NCBI GenBank assembly: GCA_963815095.1
Contig: CAWFFH010000003.1
Span: 864,001 to 928,000 of the forward strand
Length of the DNA: 64,000 nt
Direction of reading: 5' to 3'
DNA from: Candidatus Bathyarchaeota archaeon
GTDB taxonomy: Archaea; Thermoproteota; Bathyarchaeia; Bathyarchaeales; Bathycorpusculaceae
The translations under genes and the position numbers were made by a program. The notes below the pieces were generated by a model. That model had not been told where the DNA came from. It worked only from the letters and a program-made list of their open reading frames with translations, and searched no databases. Shown in pieces: positions 58,409 through 64,000 of this stretch (its first letter is position 1; the number at the start of each line of letters is the position of its first letter).

Positions 58409-60313
58409 TTAACCATGGAACTGCGGCCGTTTAGACATGAGTAGCGGCAATGGCAAAGCTTTGTAGGGCTTGCCAGCGATTTTCTCGGACACCTTCGCAA
58501 TCAACTCTTCTGCCGTCATGTTTTGCTGTTGACCCTTAAGCTCGCGAACTCTAACAGAGAGAGTGCCTGATTCGATTTCTTTTTCGCCCACAACGATAAT
58601 GTAGGGTACCCATTCCTGTTCAGCTTCACGGATTTTCTTCTGCAATGTCGAAGCAGAGTCATCGATGTCAACGCGGATGCAGTGGGCACTAATTTGTGTT
58701 GCAAGTTGCTCCATTTTGTCAAGGAACTTGTCGGAAATTGGAATAAGCCGTACTTGAGTCGGCGAAAGCCATAGCGGAAGCATCGGCGCTTTTCCTGTCA
58801 TCTGTTCGCGGTAAGCCTTCTCCAGTAACGCATAGATGTCACGCTCGATGGCGCCGCTTGGGCTACAATGGAGAATCAAAGGATATTGTTTTTCACCTTT
58901 CTCATCGACGAAAGTGATTTCATAGCGTTTAGCGTTTTCGACGTCGATTTGGTCAGTGCTGAGGGCCGCCGCTTTATCCTGGTTATCTATAAAGTTGAGG
59001 TCCCATTTTAACTCAAAATAGAAGAACCGTTCATTCCAAACCTCAGCCAAGATTGGTTTACCAAAAGCTGATGCTAACTCTGTTATGAAGTCTTTGTGTT
59101 CTGCGTAGAAATCTTTGGTGAAGCGCATGGCTATTTCGTAATCGTCTTTCACTAAACCAATATTACTTAAGACTTCGATGCAGAGATTGAATCGGATCAT
59201 GAATTCTTTTTTTGCTTGATCTAAGTCCGTACAGAATGCGTGGCAGTCGGGCATCGTGAACGCTCTTAGGCGTTTTAAGCCGACGACTTCACCGCTTTTT
59301 TCTCGGCGGAAACTGTAGCGTGTGAGTTCATAGAGTTTAATCGGCATTTGTTTGTAGCTGAACTGGGCGTCATGCGCCATAAGGAATTGACCAAAACATG
59401 CGGCAAAACGCAAGAAAAGCTCCTTATCCTCGGATTTGAGAGTGTATTGGCGTGCTGGGAAACGGTTGAGGTAACTTTTGAGGCTTGGGTGATTGAAGTC
59501 ATACATAAGGGGCGTTTCGACTTCCATGCCGCCGTAAGCTGCAACTTTTGCTGAGACGTATTGTTCAAGGAGTGATTTTATCATGCGCCCTTTTGGATAC
59601 CAGCGGATGTTTCCTGGGTCACTGCCGGGCTCATAATCGGCAATTTCTAGACGCTTCATGAGCGGCACATGTGGAGGCATAACTGTAACTGCACGGGTTT
59701 TCTTAATTTCGTAATTGGAGAACTTTTGCAGGTTTGCATGTCCTTTGAATTTGAATTCTTCGATAGGCACCAATGAACCGTCGGTTTGAAGTATGTGCCA
59801 GTAGGATTTCATGGTGTCTTCGGCTTTCAGAGCAGCGGAGATGGGTTCTTCTTCTTTTTTGGTTTCACATGGAGCTGCTGTATCTGTTGCGGCGGCTGCC
59901 TGTGTTGGCGCGTAGCTTCGGGACTGCTCAGCAAGCGGATGTCCCTTGATAGAAATTGTAAATTGTTTGTTCCAGCCAAACGGGGCACGGTTGGTTTCGA
60001 TGCCTTTTTCTTTAGCGTAGGCTTCCATGTCCTTGATTATTTTTAATGCCTCTGAGGGCTGGGACAGGTTGCTGCTTAAATGAGCGAATGGGTAGATGAG
60101 GATGCGGTTAGCCTTGAGTTTTCCCAAAAATGCCCGCACATCATCGATGGCCTTCTTTGCCATAGCGGAGTTGTCGCCTTCCTCAATCGCAGTGAATAGA
60201 ACAACGACTTCTTCAACGCGAGTTTCAACTTTTTCCGCTTCCTCAGCGGTTTTGATTTCTTTTTCGACAGGTTTGAAAACTATAAAGTTAGAATGTAACT
60301 GCAAAATTCGCAT
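58409..60313 (-). CDS. thrS: Threonine--tRNA ligase (archaeal type with N-terminal editing domain)
   Basis: MRILQLH, YPFAHLS, APFGW.K, GHPLAE, RFAACFG, MPDCH, HCSPSG..ER. Confidence 0.97.
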   Translation of the reverse strand: MRILQLHSNFIVFKPVEKEIKTAEEAEKVETRVEEVVVLFTAIEEGDNSAMAKKAIDDVRAFLGKLKANRILIYPFAHLSSNLSQPSEALKIIKDMEAYAKEKGIETNRAPFGWNKQFTISIKGHPLAEQSRSYAPTQAAAATDTAAPCETKKEEEPISAALKAEDTMKSYWHILQTDGSLVPIEEFKFKGHANLQKFSNYEIKKTRAVTVMPPHVPLMKRLEIADYEPGSDPGNIRWYPKGRMIKSLLEQYVSAKVAAYGGMEVETPLMYDFNHPSLKSYLNRFPARQYTLKSEDKELFLRFAACFGQFLMAHDAQFSYKQMPIKLYELTRYSFRREKSGEVVGLKRLRAFTMPDCHAFCTDLDQAKKEFMIRFNLCIEVLSNIGLVKDDYEIAMRFTKDFYAEHKDFITELASAFGKPILAEVWNERFFYFELKWDLNFIDNQDKAAALSTDQIDVENAKRYEITFVDEKGEKQYPLILHCSPSGAIERDIYALLEKAYREQMTGKAPMLPLWLSPTQVRLIPISDKFLDKMEQLATQISAHCIRVDIDDSASTLQKKIREAEQEWVPYIIVVGEKEIESGTLSVRVRELKGQQQNMTAEELIAKVSEKIAGKPYKALPLPLLMSKRPQFHG

Positions 60314-60328
60314 AGAGGGTGCCTCGCT

Positions 60329-60529
60329 TTAACCGTAACGCCACTTGTCGAGGGTTTTGTCTTTTTTGGTTTTCTTTTTGTATTCTTTGTAGTGTTCTTT
60401 GCAGAGGTAAGCACGTTTATCGGCGCTGCCGACACTTAATCCGGCAGCTTTAACTTTATCAGCTGATAATGAACGCTCAGCTTCTTTGCCGCAGACGCTA
60501 CATTTTACTCCTTTGTCTATACGTCCCAT
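60329..60529 (-). CDS. Small basic zinc-finger protein upstream of thrS
   Basis: MGRIDKGVKCSVCG...A.RS...YLC..HYK. Confidence 0.8.
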   Translation of the reverse strand: MGRIDKGVKCSVCGKEAERSLSADKVKAAGLSVGSADKRAYLCKEHYKEYKKKTKKDKTLDKWRYG

Positions 60530-60567
60530 AATCAACGCCTCTCAAGTTTAACTCGTTACATATGCAG

Positions 60568-61494
60568 CTATTGCTTAAGTTTCTTTTCGTACAAAGAATT
60601 GGCTCTTCGATAAATTTCCTCTTTTTTGCCAAAATAAGTAGAACCTAATCCCTCAACTACACAGGAAGCTGCAGCGGAACCAACACTGGCGCACCACAAA
60701 GATTCTTTTTGTTGGAGATATTCAGCTAAGAAACTGCCGACGAAGACGTCACCTGCACCTGTTGGATCAACCAATACTTGTGAAGGGCAAGCCTCAATAT
60801 TGTATAATGCCCCTTCAACAGAGAGAACTGAGCCTTTCGGGCCCAAGGTTACAATAACGGTTTCTACTCCAACATCATGAATTGCCTTAATTGCAGGTTT
60901 AAGTTCGGGTTCACCAGTTAAGGCGTAGATTTCATTTTGTGAGGACTTGTAAATGTTGATTAGACTAAAAATTCGATTATCTACAGAAAAGTTTTCAGTA
61001 ACGTTTCCTGCTTGGTCAAAGCTTCGAAGTAAACCCTGAGGGTCAAGCGACAAAACATCTGCACACCCTTTGAGGCGCTCAACTAGGTCATATGGGATTT
61101 CATCTGCAATTGGGGCAATATGAATGGCTTTGGCGTGAAAATCTTTGGGAACATCCTCTGCGTTTAAGGCTGGTCCTTTGCTCTTCAGCCTTAAGGTCCG
61201 TTCCGAAAGGTCTTTGTTATAGGTGAGCTCAAAACAAGTTGTAGGTTCATTAGCATGTTTCGTGACGGCTGTGATGTCGATACCTTCTTGCCTCAGCCAC
61301 CAAAGATAAGCTTCGGGAAAGTTCCCGCCGACTTTAGAGATAACTGCTGCCGATTCGTCGAGACATCTTGCCGCAAAAGATGTGTAGGTTGCTGCACCGC
61401 CTAAAACCACGAATGGCTTGGTTCTGCTTGGCAGGATTATGGTGTCGATTGAGAAGTGTCCAACCACTGCTATGTCAGAGTTTTGAGCAGCCAT
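60568..61494 (-). CDS. PfkB-family carbohydrate/nucleoside kinase
   Basis: GG...Y, VG..F, DPQG, VTLG..G, DPTGAGD. Confidence 0.92.
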   Translation of the reverse strand: MAAQNSDIAVVGHFSIDTIILPSRTKPFVVLGGAATYTSFAARCLDESAAVISKVGGNFPEAYLWWLRQEGIDITAVTKHANEPTTCFELTYNKDLSERTLRLKSKGPALNAEDVPKDFHAKAIHIAPIADEIPYDLVERLKGCADVLSLDPQGLLRSFDQAGNVTENFSVDNRIFSLINIYKSSQNEIYALTGEPELKPAIKAIHDVGVETVIVTLGPKGSVLSVEGALYNIEACPSQVLVDPTGAGDVFVGSFLAEYLQQKESLWCASVGSAAASCVVEGLGSTYFGKKEEIYRRANSLYEKKLKQ

Positions 61495-61631
61495 TTTTCT
61501 TATCCACTTGAATATTGAAATGAGTCATATATAGCGTTAGCTCAAGAACAAAAATAAATTCTTAATTGGAAATCGTACTTTTTGTTTTTTCTGCGGTAAA
61601 GTTTAATACAATTAATACTGCAGAATGACTT

Positions 61632-61694
61632 GGCTATGGCATTAGCCGTGGCATATGCCAAAACCGCAGCCGTGAGGATGCTGATAATGCCTAC
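61632..61694 (+). promoter_or_regulatory. Fluoride (crcB) riboswitch
   Basis: GGCTA-TGGCAT-TAGCC P1, AAACCGC, GCTGATAATGCCTAC 3' end with GGCATT/AATGCC pseudoknot; directly upstream of crcB. Confidence 0.9.
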
Positions 61695-61721
61695 CTAACA
61701 AAAAAGTTGGAAGGTATGCGT

Positions 61722-62111
61722 ATGAAGTGGATTGAGTTCATCCTCTTGGCAGTTGGCGCTATAATCGGAGCTTCTTTACGTTACAAACTTGTAGAGACGC
61801 CTGTTGCATTTTATGGGTTACCCGTTAATGTCTTAATCATAAATATCTTGGGCAGTTTCATTTTGGGCTTGTTTTCAGTTTTATCGATTGGGTTGAATAT
61901 TGATTCGCAGTATACTTTGCTTGTGGCGGTTGGTTTCTGTGGATCTTTCACCACGATGTCATCCTTCGCGTTGGAAACTAGCAACCTTGTTGATGCAAAC
62001 CGTTTTAGCCTAATGGCATTAAATATTCTAGCAAATGTGGGCTTGTCGCTAGGCGCGGTGTTTGGTGGAAGGCTAATTGGTAATGAAATAATTGAGAGGT
62101 TTATGCGTTGA
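61722..62111 (+). CDS. crcB: Fluoride channel Fluc/CrcB
   Basis: GA..GA.LRY, N..GSF.LG, GFCGSFTT.SSF..E. Confidence 0.95.
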   Translation: MKWIEFILLAVGAIIGASLRYKLVETPVAFYGLPVNVLIINILGSFILGLFSVLSIGLNIDSQYTLLVAVGFCGSFTTMSSFALETSNLVDANRFSLMALNILANVGLSLGAVFGGRLIGNEIIERFMR

Positions 62112-62419
62112 GACAGAAAATGTGGAACCTAACCATCAGAATAAAGAAAAATGATGAAGTTGGAGGTAAGCGACTTCAGGCGTTAATAATGGATTGCCTA
62201 ACGAAAGCCCATATTGAAGGTGCTACTGTTTGGACGGGGGTAAACGGCTTTGGCAAACGGGGAAAATCAACTTTGCATCTTGAGGGTGTATCAGTGAACA
62301 TGCCGCTGATTATTGAAGTGGTGGATGAGCAGGCAAAACTTGAACCTTTGTTGCCTGAACTGAAACTGATTGTTGGGGATAATGGTTTGATGACTATCCA
62401 AGAAACCTTTGTGATTTAA
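62108..62419 (+). CDS. DUF190-family (PII-like) protein
   Basis: GATV..G..GFG, P..IE.VD; typical partner of crcB. Confidence 0.88.
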   Translation: MRQKMWNLTIRIKKNDEVGGKRLQALIMDCLTKAHIEGATVWTGVNGFGKRGKSTLHLEGVSVNMPLIIEVVDEQAKLEPLLPELKLIVGDNGLMTIQETFVI

Positions 62420-62485
62420 GTAATCTTGTCCCTCAGACGTGACCTCCCCCTCGCTTATATAAAGGAAAAATCCAATAGCATAGCG

Positions 62486-63724
62486 ATGATGGAACAAAAA
62501 AATCAACCACTCGAAGCTATAGTCGTGGGGGGTGGTCCAGTTGGTTCATATGCTGCCTTAAACTTAACTAAACTAGGTGTAAAAACCACCGTTTTTGAGG
62601 AGCATCCTTCAATTGGTTTTCCTTCACACTGCGCAGGGCACATTAGCATAAAAAGTCTAAAAAATATAGGGCTATATCCTCTTCCAGAGGGCATCGTTGA
62701 GAATACGTTTTGTGCAGCCAACTTTTATTCATCATTCGGAACTAAGTTCTCGATTAAGCTTTCCTGTCCAGTCACAACAGCCTTGAATAGGGCACGGTTT
62801 GACCAATACTTGGCTAAGAAAGCTCAAGTTGCTGGAGCAAGCTATGTTTTGGGTTCACGTGTTCAATCATTGTTAACGAAAGGTGGTCTTGTAACAGGTG
62901 TTAATGTTGAGGGAAACGATGGCGTTGAAAGGCAAGTTAATTCTAAAATCATCTTGGATGCTGAAGGCGTTTCATCAAGGCTTTTAAGGCAAGCTGGATT
63001 AGCGGCGTTTAAGCCCAGCGGTTTGGTTTATGCGGTTGAGGCCGAAGTGGAAAACGTGCAGGATGTTGAGCTTAACGCGGTTGAAGTTTACTTTGGCAAA
63101 TCGTATGCGCCTGGCTTTTACGGTTGGCTCATCCCAAGACCCGATGGCTCAGCAAAGGTCGGTTTAGCAACAAACAAAGGCAACCCCCAAGAATATCTAA
63201 AACGCCTCATGACTAAACATCCAGTCGCGGCTAAACAGCTTGGGAAAGCCAAAATAACCCAGGTAGGCTATCACTCAATCACCTTAGGCGGACCAATCAA
63301 CAGGTCCTATGCGGATGGTTTTCTTGCGGTAGGTGATTGTGCTTCACAAGTTAAGCCTACAACGGGGGGTGGGGTAATCTTCGGGTTAACCTGTGCCAAA
63401 GTAGCGGCAGAAGTTGCGAGTCAAGCCCTAAAACAAGATGATGTTTCCTCTAACTCCCTGCAGAATTACCAGAAAAAGTGTAATAAACTGTTAAGTTTTG
63501 ACTTCCTTGTTATGCTTCGGCTAAGGCGCTTTTTAGGTTCCCTCTCAGACGAGAAAATCGATGAAATGTTAAGGGTATGCGGCAAGATAGGAGTAAACAA
63601 GGCGTTGAAGGATGTAGATGAGATTGACTTTCAGGGCAAAATGCTGTTTACAGCAATCAGAAAACCTGCAATGGCAGCGGCTTTGGCTTACTTTGGATTG
63701 CTTTACGTCTCTGCAAACCCTTAA
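62486..63724 (+). CDS. Geranylgeranyl reductase family (DGGR-like) flavoprotein
   Basis: VVGGGP.G, P..C.G, R..FD..LA, DAEG..S, YGWLIP, VGD.A.QV.P..GGG. Confidence 0.9.
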   Translation: MMEQKNQPLEAIVVGGGPVGSYAALNLTKLGVKTTVFEEHPSIGFPSHCAGHISIKSLKNIGLYPLPEGIVENTFCAANFYSSFGTKFSIKLSCPVTTALNRARFDQYLAKKAQVAGASYVLGSRVQSLLTKGGLVTGVNVEGNDGVERQVNSKIILDAEGVSSRLLRQAGLAAFKPSGLVYAVEAEVENVQDVELNAVEVYFGKSYAPGFYGWLIPRPDGSAKVGLATNKGNPQEYLKRLMTKHPVAAKQLGKAKITQVGYHSITLGGPINRSYADGFLAVGDCASQVKPTTGGGVIFGLTCAKVAAEVASQALKQDDVSSNSLQNYQKKCNKLLSFDFLVMLRLRRFLGSLSDEKIDEMLRVCGKIGVNKALKDVDEIDFQGKMLFTAIRKPAMAAALAYFGLLYVSANP

Positions 63725-63761
63725 AATCTCCAGTGCCAACTTAGATGGGGGATAATGCTGA

Positions 63762-64000
63762 ATGATTGAATTTGAATACAAACAAGTCCTTGTCTTCCGA
63801 ACCGACTTGCAGCTGAGCAAAGGCAAGATAGCTGCACAAGCCGGACACGCAGCAGTCTCCTCAGCCCAAGATGCTTACCAGCGCCATAAGAAGTGGTGGG
63901 ATGCCTGGATGCATGAGGGGCAAAAAAAAGTCGCTGTTAAGGTTGCAGTCGAAAAAGAGCTGCATGAACTCGAAGAGGCAGCAGACGATTTAGGGTTGCC
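63762..64000 (+). CDS. pth2: Peptidyl-tRNA hydrolase Pth2 (5' part, truncated by the window)
   Basis: MIEFEYKQVLVFRTDLQLSKGKIAAQAGHAAVS...W..EGQKKVAVKV. Confidence 0.93.
   Translation, partial: MIEFEYKQVLVFRTDLQLSKGKIAAQAGHAAVSSAQDAYQRHKKWWDAWMHEGQKKVAVKVAVEKELHELEEAADDLGL

Noticed and set aside
1097-63826. Numerous antisense or overlapping ORFs in the track (e.g. 1814-2422, 17780-18400, 52700-53275)
   Set aside because: Shadow ORFs opposite well-supported genes, with no motifs

Overview
Archaeal chromosomal segment, most consistent with Bathyarchaeia (TACK). This is inferred from TFB, TFE, aMBF1, L7Ae/S28e/L24e, archaeal-type ThrRS/ProRS, an arcadin-1-like gene, frequent TTG starts and multi-domain TrmB regulators. 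About 20.6-64 kb is mostly housekeeping: transcription/translation factors, RNA-modification enzymes, a DapL-variant diaminopimelate lysine operon, fen1, glmS, a tungsten AOR, aminotransferases, a fluoride riboswitch-crcB-DUF190 unit, geranylgeranyl reductase and pth2. The first ~20 kb is accessory and holds the two most interesting loci. (1) A translationally coupled three-gene operon (7096-10888) led by a divergent SelO/YdiU-like kinase-fold protein, followed by a coiled-coil/helical-repeat protein and a surface-to-cytoplasm Zn-ribbon membrane protein, with a convergent GNAT. (2) Two convergent units next to tRNA-Val(TAC) that share a ModE-like 24-bp operator. They encode a Cys-less sulfite-oxidase-fold PEF-CTERM surface protein, an ECF S component, an apparently circularly permuted methanogen-type surface domain and a truncated TiaS-like enzyme, together a candidate Mo/W(-cofactor) scavenging system. 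Also seen: frameshifts in hflX and dapF, an ACG-only start for dapB, a triple-hairpin non-coding element and several unannotated tiny metal-binding ORFs. No CRISPR array, rRNA, transposase or integrase was seen. All family calls come from manual motif recognition, not database searches.
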